This document shows positions 36,492 to 47,574 of a stretch of 64,000 nt of DNA, piece by piece (positions within the stretch are counted from its first letter, which is position 1; each line of letters begins with the position of its first letter). The DNA comes from an uncultured Methanosarcinaceae archaeon (lineage in GTDB: Archaea; Halobacteriota; Methanosarcinia; Methanosarcinales; Methanosarcinaceae): NCBI GenBank assembly GCA_963833425.1, contig CAWHXP010000014.1:50454-114453 (forward strand). The letters are read 5' to 3'. The notes beneath the pieces are model-generated. The model made no database searches, was not told the DNA's origin, and worked only from the letters and a program-made list of their open reading frames with translations. A program made the translations under genes and the position numbers.

Positions 36492-36890
36492 TTAAAACTC
36501 TAATTCTGTTACTTTTTCTCCTTTTGCACTAGTAATAATTAAATATATATTTTCAAACCTCGGAATTTCATTGACGCAAATTTCGTCTGAGACAAGCATA
36601 TTTGACCAAGGACTTTTAGGCATATATGCAATTCCTCTATGATGAGGTTCGTACCCTGATTCTTCAGCCCTGACTACAACTCTCCCAAAAGAATTTTTCA
36701 GGATGACAGTATCGCCTTGTTTTACACTTAATTGCTTGAGATCTGCAGAATCAAGTTTTATTACAGCAGACATATTTTTATACTCTTCTCCGAAAAGGTT
36801 TTCTATCATTGCTTTATCCTGAAAAATATCCCTGTAGGTTACAACTTTGACCTTTATTTCAGGAGCTGCAAGAAAAGATCCAAAATCCAT
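36492..36890 (-). CDS. fwdD: Formylmethanofuran dehydrogenase subunit D (molybdopterin dinucleotide-binding)
   Basis: TYRDIFQ, GRVVVRA, YMPKSPWSN; overlaps the end of subunit B. Confidence 0.8.
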   Translation of the reverse strand: MDFGSFLAAPEIKVKVVTYRDIFQDKAMIENLFGEEYKNMSAVIKLDSADLKQLSVKQGDTVILKNSFGRVVVRAEESGYEPHHRGIAYMPKSPWSNMLVSDEICVNEIPRFENIYLIITSAKGEKVTELEF

Positions 36891-38140
36891 CAGAGAGCCT
36901 CCATTATTTTCTTAAGAATATATTCTTCAGAGGGGTTTTCTGTTTCAACAATGGGTTTGAAGCTTACTAGAGTACCATCCATGCGAATTGCACTGCCTCC
37001 AGATTCCACCCCACTAGCTGCAGTGCTGATATGAACCTTTGCTTTCCTTGTTGTTAGTGTCTCAGAAGGACCCATTGAGATAATAGGAATTCCAAGAAGA
37101 TATTTTGCAATAGATCTTGGAAGACTTGAAAACGGGTCAGAACCGATAATTAGGGCTGAATCTATCGTTTTTGCTTTCAGGGATTCAACGAATGAATATT
37201 CTGGCCCGTGCTTCACAATCCCATTTTCGAACTTTATGCTATTAACATACCCTGTTTCTGCAAAGAGATTTTCGTTAAAGCCCCGCATATTACAATGACC
37301 TACCATAGGAACCAAATGGAAATTTGATTTTTCGTTCAGAACTTTCATAAGTCTAAAAAGAGGTTTAAGATTTTCAAGAGAGTGTATAAGACCAAGTCCT
37401 ACAAAAATGATCCCAAATTTTGCCCCTTTAATGATATTTGCCAGTTCAAGAATTTTCTTGGGAGGGTAATTGTAGGATGTCTTAGGAAGTTTTCCGGAAA
37501 GACCTGAAATCAAGGCATCTATAAGCTCCACGTCTCCACCTTGCGGAATCTGAATGAAATAGTTCCCGCAGATCTTTGCAGTATGGGACTTCCTGATATC
37601 TATTGCGATTGCCGTTCTATCCTCTTCCCAGCCCCTTTGCTTTTCGTTTCCTCTGGGAAAGTAGGAATGCTTTGAAAGATGACGGGGATGGGAGTCAGCA
37701 GGATTTGACCCCCAAAAAATGATAACATCTCCCTTATTCCTGGCATCTTCAAGGGTGCAAGTTTTTATCTTATTAGTAACAAGAGCCTCGATCACACTAC
37801 CAAAACAAAATGAAGAGTTGTCATCGATTGTCGCATTGATTTTTTTTCCAAGCTCGATTGCTTGTTTCTGGGCTTCATTAGTGGAAGTTTCAAGCCCAAA
37901 TATCATAGGGTTTTTTGCATTTTTCAGTATCTTCACAGTCTCACTTAATGCTCTCTCCTCACCCACTGGTTTGTTGTCCACGAAGAAAGTCACTTTTTCC
38001 ATGCTTGCTTTCATGTGGGCTACTCCCACTCTGCAGGCGGTATAAATTTTATTTATGATATCCTTTTCAGACTCGACCTCGATATCATCACACAGGAGAC
38101 TGCAACCTGTGCATACATGATAGTTTTTCTCCATATCCAC
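36890..38140 (-). CDS. fwdB: Formylmethanofuran dehydrogenase subunit B
   Basis: CTGCSLLCDD, TCTL, FWGSNPADSHPRH, GSAIRMDG. Confidence 0.92.
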   Translation of the reverse strand: MDMEKNYHVCTGCSLLCDDIEVESEKDIINKIYTACRVGVAHMKASMEKVTFFVDNKPVGEERALSETVKILKNAKNPMIFGLETSTNEAQKQAIELGKKINATIDDNSSFCFGSVIEALVTNKIKTCTLEDARNKGDVIIFWGSNPADSHPRHLSKHSYFPRGNEKQRGWEEDRTAIAIDIRKSHTAKICGNYFIQIPQGGDVELIDALISGLSGKLPKTSYNYPPKKILELANIIKGAKFGIIFVGLGLIHSLENLKPLFRLMKVLNEKSNFHLVPMVGHCNMRGFNENLFAETGYVNSIKFENGIVKHGPEYSFVESLKAKTIDSALIIGSDPFSSLPRSIAKYLLGIPIISMGPSETLTTRKAKVHISTAASGVESGGSAIRMDGTLVSFKPIVETENPSEEYILKKIMEAL

Positions 38141-38145
38141 TTACC

Positions 38146-38610
38146 TCACACGAACTCTATCGCCTCTACAGGGCAGGTTACTATACAGCCATTACAGAGA
38201 ATTTTGTTCTTTCCGAAACGGCGGCATTCATCTACATTTTGGGCTTTAACGATGCCTTCTTCGATGGCCAGAATCAATTTACTCGTGTTTTTGGGAGCAT
38301 TTCCCGAGCCTACCCCATAAGGATCGTTTGCAACATTTACTGGACATGCAACCACGCAATTTCCACATCCAAAACACAAGTCTTCGTGCACTATTAGTCC
38401 TGTTTCGGTTGCGCCTTCAGAAGGTTTGAAGAGACCACTTATCTTTTCATAGCTGTCTTTGTATTTCAGCTCTTCTTTCAAAGGCGTACAGGCCTCGGGC
38501 GTGAGCTCGCGGGTCATGAGAGCCACTGCAAAAGCCATACATGATGTTTTCCCACATATTTTGCAGTTAGTTTTTGGCAGCATCTGATAAATTTCCATTG
38601 CATTTGTCAT
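38146..38610 (-). CDS. fwdG: Fe-S protein, FwdG-like
   Basis: LPKTNCKICGKTSC Fe-S domain plus two 4Fe-4S ferredoxin motifs; first gene of the operon with B and D. Confidence 0.75.
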   Translation of the reverse strand: MTNAMEIYQMLPKTNCKICGKTSCMAFAVALMTRELTPEACTPLKEELKYKDSYEKISGLFKPSEGATETGLIVHEDLCFGCGNCVVACPVNVANDPYGVGSGNAPKNTSKLILAIEEGIVKAQNVDECRRFGKNKILCNGCIVTCPVEAIEFV

Positions 38611-38681
38611 TCTAGATCACCCCTGAGTCAAATTTCATGTTCGCTTCAGACTTCATTGAAGAGTCGATACTTGTTAGAACT

Positions 38682-38918
38682 TTTCGATAAGCTTCTGATT
38701 TTCACGAGTTAACGTGGAGATTTTAAAAATATGTGATGAAGTTTAGAGTTTATCGAAATGCTCTATATTTAATAGTGTGGACAAAAAGTGAAATCGAGAC
38801 TATCATGAAGAATCCGATTAAATAGCCTTTAACAAAGAAAATTTCGATAAACTCTAAACTTCATCACATATTTTTAAAATCTCCACGTTAACTCGTGAAA
38901 ATCAGAAGCTTATCGAAA
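38682..38918. repeat. Perfect 78-bp inverted repeat (two MITE copies) with 81-bp spacer
   Basis: 38682-38759 is the exact reverse complement of 38841-38918. Confidence 0.95.
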
Positions 38919-39279
38919 TCTTCTAAAAGAATATTTCTTAAATCCCTTAAATTCTCGCTTTTTAACTTTCAATGTGATTTTTCAGTTTGTGGAGTAAATA
39001 TTCTGCATATGCTATTTGAATTAATTCAAATCGTCAATTCAAATATGAAATGCAAACTTTTAATTTCCATTCTGTTGAGATAATGATAACAATTTATTGA
39101 GTTCCACTCTCAAATTCAGATACTTTTTAATGATACTTGAATCACAAAAATTCATCCTTATTTACAGAACTCTGCGATTTTAATGACTCAAAAATTCAGA
39201 AAATAATAAAAAGTCCCCAATTCCAAGTAAATAAATTCCAAGGTATCTCAAAGGCAAACTAAAAATAAGTTACCTCAAT

Positions 39280-39561
39280 TTAATTCGCCTTAAAGAAAAG
39301 TTCGCAGTGGCAATTTCCATACCTTTCAACTTCTTCCTTATGATAGGCACAGGGACATACTATTTTTTGATCCTCTTTTTCAATTCCAGTGACTATTCTG
39401 CATGGACAGTAACGCCTTCCGAACTTTTCAATCTTGATCGCAAGTCCATCAAGTACATAATCAAGAGCTTCTTTATCGGGGTTAAGCTTGTAGCCTGCTT
39501 TATTTGCGTATTTCTCAGTCCATTCATACATTTTTTGTTTTAATTCTTTATGCTCAGCCAT
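39280..39561 (-). CDS. Ferredoxin:thioredoxin reductase catalytic-subunit-like protein
   Basis: CPC...CPC...CHC motifs. Confidence 0.9.
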   Translation of the reverse strand: MAEHKELKQKMYEWTEKYANKAGYKLNPDKEALDYVLDGLAIKIEKFGRRYCPCRIVTGIEKEDQKIVCPCAYHKEEVERYGNCHCELFFKAN

Positions 39562-40083
39562 GAAAAAGCTCCTTCTGCTCTCAAAATTGAGACAACCCTG
39601 AGTAGCTATGAGAAGACTATACTAGAGTATTTATAAAAAGGATAGATTAAATAATTCAAATCATGATACTAATACCTTCAATCATAATCCACAAACAATT
39701 TTTCATTATATTTTGTTCAAAATCTCATTCCAAAACTGTCATATCGATTACGAATTAAGTTCTCAAACTATAAAATAATTGGTAAAACATTCATATATAG
39801 CTATTTCGAAAACATTAAATTTGATTTACAATTAAAAACTTATCTGTTAAAAAACAATCAAAGTTGACATTTCACAGATATACTTGAATGGAGAAGCTGT
39901 ATGCCTACTATTATTCATTGAAAGTTAGATTAATATTTAAGCATTGTAATATTGAGAAAATAGATAGCATTCTATTATCTATAGAAAATGGAATTCAGTA
40001 TTAAAAACATATAAAAGGAGGTATTTGAAAGGGGAGTTGCAATAAATGGATAAATCTCATCTCAAGCTGACAGCTACTCTACA

Positions 40084-40170
40084 AGGGATTTTGATAAACC
40101 TTTGTTTGCATAGGCATATAGATACAATTTATAAGCATATGAAAAATTTAGAGGTTTATCGAAATCCCTC
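40084..40170. mobile_element. MITE copy
   Basis: AGGGATTTTGATAAACC...GGTTTATCGAAATCCCT. Confidence 0.7.
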
Positions 40171-40210
40171 ACAATATAAGTACTTGGTTAATAATATGTA
40201 AATTTCATAT

Positions 40211-40624
40211 TTAGATAACGTTTACATTTAGTGTGAATATTTTCCCGACACTTGTTTCTTTCATCCAGGGTCTCCTATATATCCCGAGTAACTGCTGATT
40301 TCCACTGGCTATTGCCTTAATTGTCCATTCTTGAATTTGGTACCCACTGACCATGTGTGAAAATCCAGTTTGATAAATTTTCGTATTGATCAAAATTAGT
40401 CCGTTGCTGAAACGGATTTTCCATAAATAACCTGCCATCATATTTTCTTTCAGTTGCAGATTAAAAGAATCTCCTTTTTTGAGAGATATCGTCTCTCCAT
40501 TATCATTATCATTTAGAACTTTATTCTCAGACGGCAACGCACTAATAACTGTAGGAATTGCAGCCATAATTAAAACGATGATCATGAAAGTTGTTCTAAA
40601 CAGATTTTTAGACATTAATATCAC
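40211..40624 (-). CDS. Secreted chagasin-like (I42) protease inhibitor
   Basis: Signal peptide; LKEN..AGY.W, GIYRRPW, FTLNVNV. Confidence 0.85.
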   Translation of the reverse strand: MILMSKNLFRTTFMIIVLIMAAIPTVISALPSENKVLNDNDNGETISLKKGDSFNLQLKENMMAGYLWKIRFSNGLILINTKIYQTGFSHMVSGYQIQEWTIKAIASGNQQLLGIYRRPWMKETSVGKIFTLNVNVI

Positions 40625-41193
40625 TCATTTATTTATAATAATTGATACTCATATATACCAATTTCTATGAACTAATTAAAAAAAACAAACGATAGAGAAT
40701 TAATTTTTTAATATAAACTTTATATGCTTTTCAGGCATTGCATCGGAGAAATATATAAAACTGGGATAGCTAAACTGAAAAAATTAATATCATTAAATTT
40801 TAAATGATAACAGAACTCAAATTGCATAAAAATAGCTTAAATAAAAATATCTGCTGCACTTGATTTCTAATTTCAAGTGCTTAAACTCCAAAATCCTCTG
40901 TATTCGTGTTCTTAAATATTGTAATCAATGTTTGTCAGGGATTATAATTCAGATTCTATAGTACTTTTTGTTCAAAACATATGGAATCGATACACTAGAA
41001 TCCTATTTATCCAGAACTTTCAAAGAAATAATAAAACCATTTCCAAAAATTCATTAACTTAAAGATAACAAAAGCTCATTGAAAAAACTACCAAAAAGCC
41101 TAAAACTTAGAATAGGGGAAGAATTTGTCGTAAAAGAAATAAAAAATATTTAAAAAGGTGCCTCACACAATTTATAGATATCTATGCCAAATT

Positions 41194-41472
41194 TCAGGCA
41201 TTTACAGCCTTGTTAAATACGTCAATGAACTCGTTACATTGAACGATAATGATCGAAGCAGCATCTTTTAAAACCTCAATTGGATCTGTACCGTCCGTTT
41301 TGATGTAGAGAATCGGATCACTAATACTCACGTGTTTCATATCGTAAAAAGCGGCCTCAACCCTTGCATCTCTAATCAATAAGTCCTTAAACAAATTCAG
41401 AAGAGTGTGAGTTTCACCTTTGAGCTCAACTTCAAGCTCATAATCAGCTTTTGAAAGAATGTTCAATTCCAT
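41194..41472 (-). CDS. rpoL: RNA polymerase subunit L (Rpo11)
   Basis: GETHTLLNL motif, 92 aa, downstream of csl4. Confidence 0.95.
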   Translation of the reverse strand: MELNILSKADYELEVELKGETHTLLNLFKDLLIRDARVEAAFYDMKHVSISDPILYIKTDGTDPIEVLKDAASIIIVQCNEFIDVFNKAVNA

Positions 41473-41548
41473 TGATGATCCCCTAAATAATAGTTAATAA
41501 TACAGATTAATTTGTAAAAATTTATATTAACTCGTTGCGGGAAAAAAA

Positions 41549-42457
41549 TTACTTGATCCCTTTTCCGTATTTTGTTGAGATTTTGCGGATTTCAGTCATA
41601 TTGCAGTCAGGACATTTAAGCTTTTTCCCTTCGAGCACAACTTCCCCTCTACAATTGGAGCAGTATGCTTTCACAACTCCAAGGGAATCCTCAGATGTGG
41701 TTAGGCGCATTCTCTCAGCATCTAGAACTTTAGCCCTGATAATATCTGATGGCCTGAACTCGTCTGAAAGTCTCTTGACGTAAGAGCCTCTTACATTTGA
41801 CACATGAATATCTCCAAGTCTTGAATTAACAATTTCCCGATCTTCTTTACCTTCAATACCTGCAATTTCCACAGCCGCCCCGGATTCTCGGACGTCAATT
41901 ATCTTTCCATACACAATATCTCCCACTTTAAGGATATTCGGAGTGAGAGTATTCGGCTTTACAGAAACTATCCTTGCTTTTCGATCAATAATTACATTGC
42001 CAATAGCAGTGGAGTAAACATTTCCAGCATATACTGCTGTTCCATTTCCTGGTTTAAACTCCTCTGTGCTCCCAACAAGTTCTCCTGGGAGAACAAAACA
42101 TCCCTTTTCAAAATTGTTTCCCAATGTCTCTTCTACACGGGGGGCCCTAAAGTCAAGCACATTCGTCATCTCCCAAGAAGACTTTGGATAAGGCAATCTC
42201 CTTTTTTTACCCTGGTCTCCCTTGAACTGACCTTTGGATTGGTCCCTTGACTGGCTTTTAAACTGATATCTAGCCTGGTCCCTTGACTGACCCTTTAGCT
42301 GATTCCTAGTATGATTTCTAAATTGGTCCCTTGGTTGAACCTTAAATTGATCCTTATTTTCTGAAACCATTTGAACCCCTATTTCAATAACTGGCTTTCC
42401 CTCACTTGGACCTGTCAATTTCTTCCTCGTAGTTTTATTTTTTCTAATCCTAATCAT
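41549..42457 (-). CDS. csl4: Exosome RNA-binding protein Csl4 with long N-terminal extension
   Basis: VLPGE..G..EEF, S1 domain (IHVSNV), C-terminal Zn ribbon CSNC/CPDC, RKIS. Confidence 0.92.
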   Translation of the reverse strand: MIRIRKNKTTRKKLTGPSEGKPVIEIGVQMVSENKDQFKVQPRDQFRNHTRNQLKGQSRDQARYQFKSQSRDQSKGQFKGDQGKKRRLPYPKSSWEMTNVLDFRAPRVEETLGNNFEKGCFVLPGELVGSTEEFKPGNGTAVYAGNVYSTAIGNVIIDRKARIVSVKPNTLTPNILKVGDIVYGKIIDVRESGAAVEIAGIEGKEDREIVNSRLGDIHVSNVRGSYVKRLSDEFRPSDIIRAKVLDAERMRLTTSEDSLGVVKAYCSNCRGEVVLEGKKLKCPDCNMTEIRKISTKYGKGIK

Positions 42458-42722
42458 GATCCCTCATTTAATTGTCATAATTGGCGAATAGATATCTTAA
42501 TCATAATGATTTGGTCAATTGAACAGATATATCCAATGCTGTTGGATCGATTGAAAATAAACCCCAGGATAAAGAAAAGGTCATATTTTCATATTTTCTG
42601 ACAGATTTCTTCTTTGAAGTCATAGAATTCAGCTCTATGTATACAGAGTTACATTATTTATAGAGCATGCATTTAATATTTGCATCATTTGGAACAGAAT
42701 CTTGAGAAATTAAACTACAGAT

Positions 42723-43346
42723 TCAATACACGAATTGTACTGAATTTTGAATATATCCAGGAACAGTGATCCTGTAAATCTCTACTTCAATAACCTTTCT
42801 TTCCTTTTTATGAAAGTTGAAAATTCGTTTCATAGGAAATTTCGCAACATAAGAATGTGTAATGACCGCAGGCTTAATGAACTTTTGGATAAAAGCAAAG
42901 CTTCCTCGATTGTGGATTGAATATATCACGTCACTTGTTCTTAATGCTGACGAAATAAAAGATCTATCCTTACCCTTTATCCTTGCTCCGAAAGGAGGAT
43001 TCATAAGTGTAGTTTTTACATGACCCTCGATGCCTGCAACGTCCGAGAATATAAACTTTGCTTCTACTCCAAGCTTTTTGGCATTAATTTTTGCAATCTC
43101 AAGTGCTCCTGGATCCGCATCATACCCCACAACATTTTTGACTCCAAGGAGCTTGGCACCTATTGCAAGGATTCCTGTACCGCAGCCAAGATCCTGGACT
43201 GAATCATCAAGATCTCCCTGCATGAAAGCAAAGTGCAGAATTTCCGCAGCTAAAGGAGAAGGAGTTTGGTACTGCTCCAGCCCAATATCAGGATTTGAAA
43301 AACCTTCTATTGTTTCAAGCAATATTTCAAGTTTTCTTTGGTTCAT
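42723..43346 (-). CDS. METTL5-family N6-adenine methyltransferase
   Basis: LEQYQTP, DLGCGTG, MNPPFG. Confidence 0.92.
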   Translation of the reverse strand: MNQRKLEILLETIEGFSNPDIGLEQYQTPSPLAAEILHFAFMQGDLDDSVQDLGCGTGILAIGAKLLGVKNVVGYDADPGALEIAKINAKKLGVEAKFIFSDVAGIEGHVKTTLMNPPFGARIKGKDRSFISSALRTSDVIYSIHNRGSFAFIQKFIKPAVITHSYVAKFPMKRIFNFHKKERKVIEVEIYRITVPGYIQNSVQFVY

Positions 43347-43459
43347 TTCATCGACTTTAGTTTTTTAAAGATATCTGGTTCATAATTTTTATATTATTGC
43401 TTTCATATAACTTATTTGCACTCTAGATCTTTATTTTTGATAAACCTGAAATAAAAAGA

Positions 43460-44467
43460 TCATATCGACTCTGCGGTAATTTCATCCAGCACGAGTCTTT
43501 CCCAGTCTCTTTCTCCAAGTACGATCTCAAACTCTTGAGGTGTCAGCATGGGAGATTGAAAACGTCCTATTTCATCAATAGCAAGCCTCGGACAAGCTGT
43601 ATTTACAAAAGCATCGACCTTGAAAGAGAGCAGCTGTTCAGGAGTTACAAGATCCATAAGAATCAGATATGCAGCTTTTCCATGCCTTTTTGCACATTCT
43701 TTCAAAAAAAAAGCAAGTTCAAGCCTTTTCTGCCCGCTTTTGGTTGAGACAATTATACCAAAAACCTCAGCATCCAGAGATTTTGCAATTACAGCACTAC
43801 GCTGACGAAGAATTCTTGAGGGATCTACTTCGCGAACTTCTCCGGAAAAAGGGTCAGCTGCAAGAACACGTTTTTGTGTAGAAAGGGCAACGCCTAAGGG
43901 ATGGAAATCTCCACTTCCGATATATAGGTACTCATCACATTTTTCAGCCCTGGCAGCCGAAAAATTACATCCGAGTACTTGCCCCGGATAAGCTATCCTG
44001 GAATCACCGCGTCCGATCACGCAAGTCTTCCCGCTAGCCTCAAAAATGGCGTGAGCTTCCTTAAGTTTATGGGCATGCTGAACAGTAGTAATTAACCCTA
44101 TTATCTGCCCTTTAAGTTCAGGCACAGCTTTTTCAACAACATGTCCAATATCAATTACAGAGCGCGCTTCTATAAAATAAACCTTATCTGAAAACTTCAT
44201 ATCCCCAAGACCTGCATGCCCAAAATGAAAGAGAATATCGACGTGTTCTATCAAGGTCCTATTCAAGTCACATGCCCCAAAACAGGGATCTCCGTATATA
44301 AAAACCTCAGCTCCAGTGGCTTTTTCAACTTTTTTTAGAATTTCGGTTCCCTTCTTTTTGAGTCCCTCAGGAAGCTGGAAACCTACAATTTTTGCTCCTG
44401 ACTTGTGTATTATATGAATAATATAATCAGTCCTTAAATCAAATGCTTCACCGATCCCCAAATACAT
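43460..44467 (-). CDS. dph2: Diphthamide biosynthesis enzyme Dph2
   Basis: QLPEGLK, CFGACD, GQVLGC, TACPR. Confidence 0.95.
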   Translation of the reverse strand: MYLGIGEAFDLRTDYIIHIIHKSGAKIVGFQLPEGLKKKGTEILKKVEKATGAEVFIYGDPCFGACDLNRTLIEHVDILFHFGHAGLGDMKFSDKVYFIEARSVIDIGHVVEKAVPELKGQIIGLITTVQHAHKLKEAHAIFEASGKTCVIGRGDSRIAYPGQVLGCNFSAARAEKCDEYLYIGSGDFHPLGVALSTQKRVLAADPFSGEVREVDPSRILRQRSAVIAKSLDAEVFGIIVSTKSGQKRLELAFFLKECAKRHGKAAYLILMDLVTPEQLLSFKVDAFVNTACPRLAIDEIGRFQSPMLTPQEFEIVLGERDWERLVLDEITAESI

Positions 44468-44830
44468 TTCTGATCTCCAATCCTTTCTCGCTCACATCAA
44501 TTATAACAGAATATGGGGCCCAACCCCAAGCTCCTTTAATTTGGAATAACCGTCTCCATATGAGATAACAAAAATCACATAATACCTTGAGACCCATAAT
44601 TTTTAGCTTTTTCACGATTGCAAGTAGAATTTCTTCAATTATTATCACACATCCAATATAATTATTATGTAATATTTTTTGAGCCCGTTTGTATGGATTA
44701 GACCTTTAGAATATTCTGTGCTTTGAGAAAGTTAAACTTTCTCTTCGAGGAAATAAGAATATTTACGGAAAATATTCAAAAGAATTCCTGACTTCAGGTA
44801 AAGGACATGTTCCACCCATCATCTCATAGT
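44448..44830 (-). pseudogene. hpt: Hypoxanthine/guanine phosphoribosyltransferase, degraded
   Basis: Hand translation: LKSGILLNIFRKYSYFLEEKV*LSQSTEYSKGLIHTNGLKK...GDGYSKLKELGV...[17 protein letters not shown]; stop, frameshifts, PRPP motif eroded; N-terminus not recognisable. Confidence 0.8.
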
Positions 44831-46248
44831 TATTGAGGCAACCTTGGAAAGAAGGATAACTCACGTATGCCTTCCTTGTGTATAGAAAATATACTATTGA
44901 TTAGCAGTTATACCTACCTCAAAAATATTTTTTTATTTGATTAGTCTATTCATCTGCCAGAGGAATTAATTATTTTTAACGTACAAATAAATAAAGTGAT
45001 TTATTAAACAAAAACCCAAAGATGATTAAATTTATAATTGACTCAAAAGCTAAAATCAATATTGTAGGATTTGATAATGAAAAAAATAGCTTTAGGGGTA
45101 TAAATAGGAATTCGATGGGATATAAATCCTTATCTAAAAATCATTACTTATTTTGAGAAAAGATATATGTGCAAAAACATTTCCTCTATCTGATAGAGCT
45201 ACATGATATAAATCAAAATAAGAGAAAAAATTTATCAGACAATAAGCAATTATTGTAAAGACTATATTTTTAGCTCAGCTACTCTAAATATAAACCGAAC
45301 TAGATATTATCGGAAAACCACAAAAAAGTTAGGACGCATAAAAAAAATTATTAAATAACTGCTGAAAAAATTTACCTTTATACATAATTTGTAAAATTAC
45401 TTAAAATTGTTACTACATCTATATAACAGACACAAATGCATGCAGAAATCAAAAAGCAAAGAGATTTTCTAAACATAATAATTGAGTGCAAATATGTATT
45501 TTATTTCAGCTGCTATATATAATAATAAAAAAATTATATAAAGAAGGACAAAAACATTAATTTGACAAATCAATTTAATAAAAAGTAAGTATTCTAGAAT
45601 GCCTATCGAAATTCAAAAAAATTACAATTTTTAAATAAAAAGTAATATATTCTAATGATTAATGAGCTCGGTGATTTATGTCACATTACTTGCAAACGTG
45701 ACTACAGAAAAACAGAACATAACAGTACAAGTTAATTATATCCACCTCATCCTTTCATGTCAAAGAAAGGGAACAAAAAAATAAGGAAAAAGGAAAACAG
45801 AAAGAAATAAATATCTTAAACTTTTTCTGAAAAGTCCACTCTGAAACAGAGAATATCGACTTATTTTATGACCTTGTTGGCAGGGCGCCCAGCTTTCTGT
45901 AAAAACTATGAATTTCAATAAATTATTGAATAGAAAACTCCACATCAGAAGAATTAAATTACAAGTAAAAAAATTTGACATTAAATTTGCAGCAAATTAG
46001 ATACACTACCAAATTGCTTATTTTTGATTCATTCACAGCATTGTAGATAGGAAATTTCAGAAAACTAAATGGAAAAGGAATACTCTTCGTTCTGTCACAA
46101 AAAAAATCGTCTCAAGAAAAATAGAGGCTGAAAAAGTATGATAAAAGGAAAATCAAATTAAAACTTCGAAAAAGCCAAACATGTCGGAGATCAAAAAGTG
46201 AAGAGAGCCTTGAAGACGACTGAAAAAAATACAAGTTGAGGACCCAAC

Positions 46249-46497
46249 ATGTCAAAGAACGATAAAAAAGAACCATACCCTTTAATCAACACCCTTGAGT
46301 GCAAAGCATGTGGACGCTGCCTTCTTGCCTGCCCCAAAGGAGCACTTTTAATGAGTGAAAATCTAAATTCTCGAGGCTATAACTATATAGAGTATATAGG
46401 AGAACAGTGTTCAGGTTGTGCGAGCTGTTATTATACTTGCCCAGAACCTCTTGCAATCGAGATCCACATTCCCCTGAAACACGAGGGAGCAAAGTAA
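46249..46497 (+). CDS. vorC: 2-ketoisovalerate oxidoreductase ferredoxin subunit
   Basis: Two CxxCxxCxxxCP motifs; first in operon. Confidence 0.85.
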   Translation: MSKNDKKEPYPLINTLECKACGRCLLACPKGALLMSENLNSRGYNYIEYIGEQCSGCASCYYTCPEPLAIEIHIPLKHEGAK

Positions 46498-46516
46498 GGC
46501 GAAAAGGAGGATAATT

Positions 46517-47572
46517 ATGGCAACAAAACTCGTAAAAGGCAACTCTGCTGTAATCGTAGGCGCACTTTATGCCGGATGTGACTGTTTCTTCGGATATCCA
46601 ATAACTCCGGCGAGTGAGATTCTGCATGATGCATCTAAATACTTTCCGCTTATAGGAAGAAAATTCGTTCAGGCTGAATCCGAAGAAGCAGCAATTAACA
46701 TGGTCTATGGGGGAGCAGCTACAGGACACAGAGTTATGACATCGTCTTCAGGACCTGGGATGAGCCTTATGCAAGAAGGACTCTCCTACCTTGCTGGAGC
46801 AGAACTTCCTTGCGTGATTGTAAATATTATGAGGGCAGGCCCTGGCCTTGGAAATATAGGGCCGGACCAGGCAGATTATAACCAAATCGTAAAAGGTGGG
46901 GGGCATGGGAACTACAAAAATATCGTGCTTGCTCCGAATTCGGTACAGGAAATGTGTGACTTTATCCAGAAGGCCTTTGAGCTTGCTTTCAAGTACAGAA
47001 ACCCTGCTGTAATTCTCGCAGACGGTGTTCTCGGACAGATGATCGAGTCTCTAGAGTTTCCGAATGAGGCTATGATCCCTAAGACCAACAACATCTGGGC
47101 AGTAAACGGCACATTAGAAACAAGACTTAATCTGATAACTTCAATCTATCTGGACTTCGATGAACTCGAGAAGTTTAATGAAAAACTGCAGACAAAGTAC
47201 GACCTTATCAAGCAGAAAGAGGTGGATTACGATGAATACCTAACAGGTGATGCCTCAATTGTCATAGTGTCCTATGGCATTAGCAGCAGAATCTGCAGGT
47301 CAGCCACAGATCTTGCCAGGCAGAAAGGCTTCAAAGTAGGTCTCTTCAGATTGAAAACTCTTTTTCCATTTCCTGAAACGCAGCTGAAAAGCCTTGCAGA
47401 TAAAGGGTGTTCTTTCGTGTCAGTGGAAATGAGTAATGGGCAGATGAAAGATGATATAAGGCTTGCAATTGGTTGTTCACGGCCTGTAGAACTGGTAAAC
47501 CGGATGGGAGGAAACCTGATCACCCTTGACCAGATAATGGATAAAATCAGGAAAATTGCTGATGAGGTATAA
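46517..47572 (+). CDS. vorB: 2-ketoisovalerate:ferredoxin oxidoreductase alpha-type subunit
   Basis: [32 protein letters not shown]. Confidence 0.9.
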   Translation: MATKLVKGNSAVIVGALYAGCDCFFGYPITPASEILHDASKYFPLIGRKFVQAESEEAAINMVYGGAATGHRVMTSSSGPGMSLMQEGLSYLAGAELPCVIVNIMRAGPGLGNIGPDQADYNQIVKGGGHGNYKNIVLAPNSVQEMCDFIQKAFELAFKYRNPAVILADGVLGQMIESLEFPNEAMIPKTNNIWAVNGTLETRLNLITSIYLDFDELEKFNEKLQTKYDLIKQKEVDYDEYLTGDASIVIVSYGISSRICRSATDLARQKGFKVGLFRLKTLFPFPETQLKSLADKGCSFVSVEMSNGQMKDDIRLAIGCSRPVELVNRMGGNLITLDQIMDKIRKIADEV

Positions 47573-47574
47573 AA

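Noticed and set aside
44900..46248. Leader-peptide attenuator upstream of the vor operon
   Set aside because: No Leu/Ile/Val-rich short ORF or convincing alternative hairpins seen; mostly AT-rich sequence
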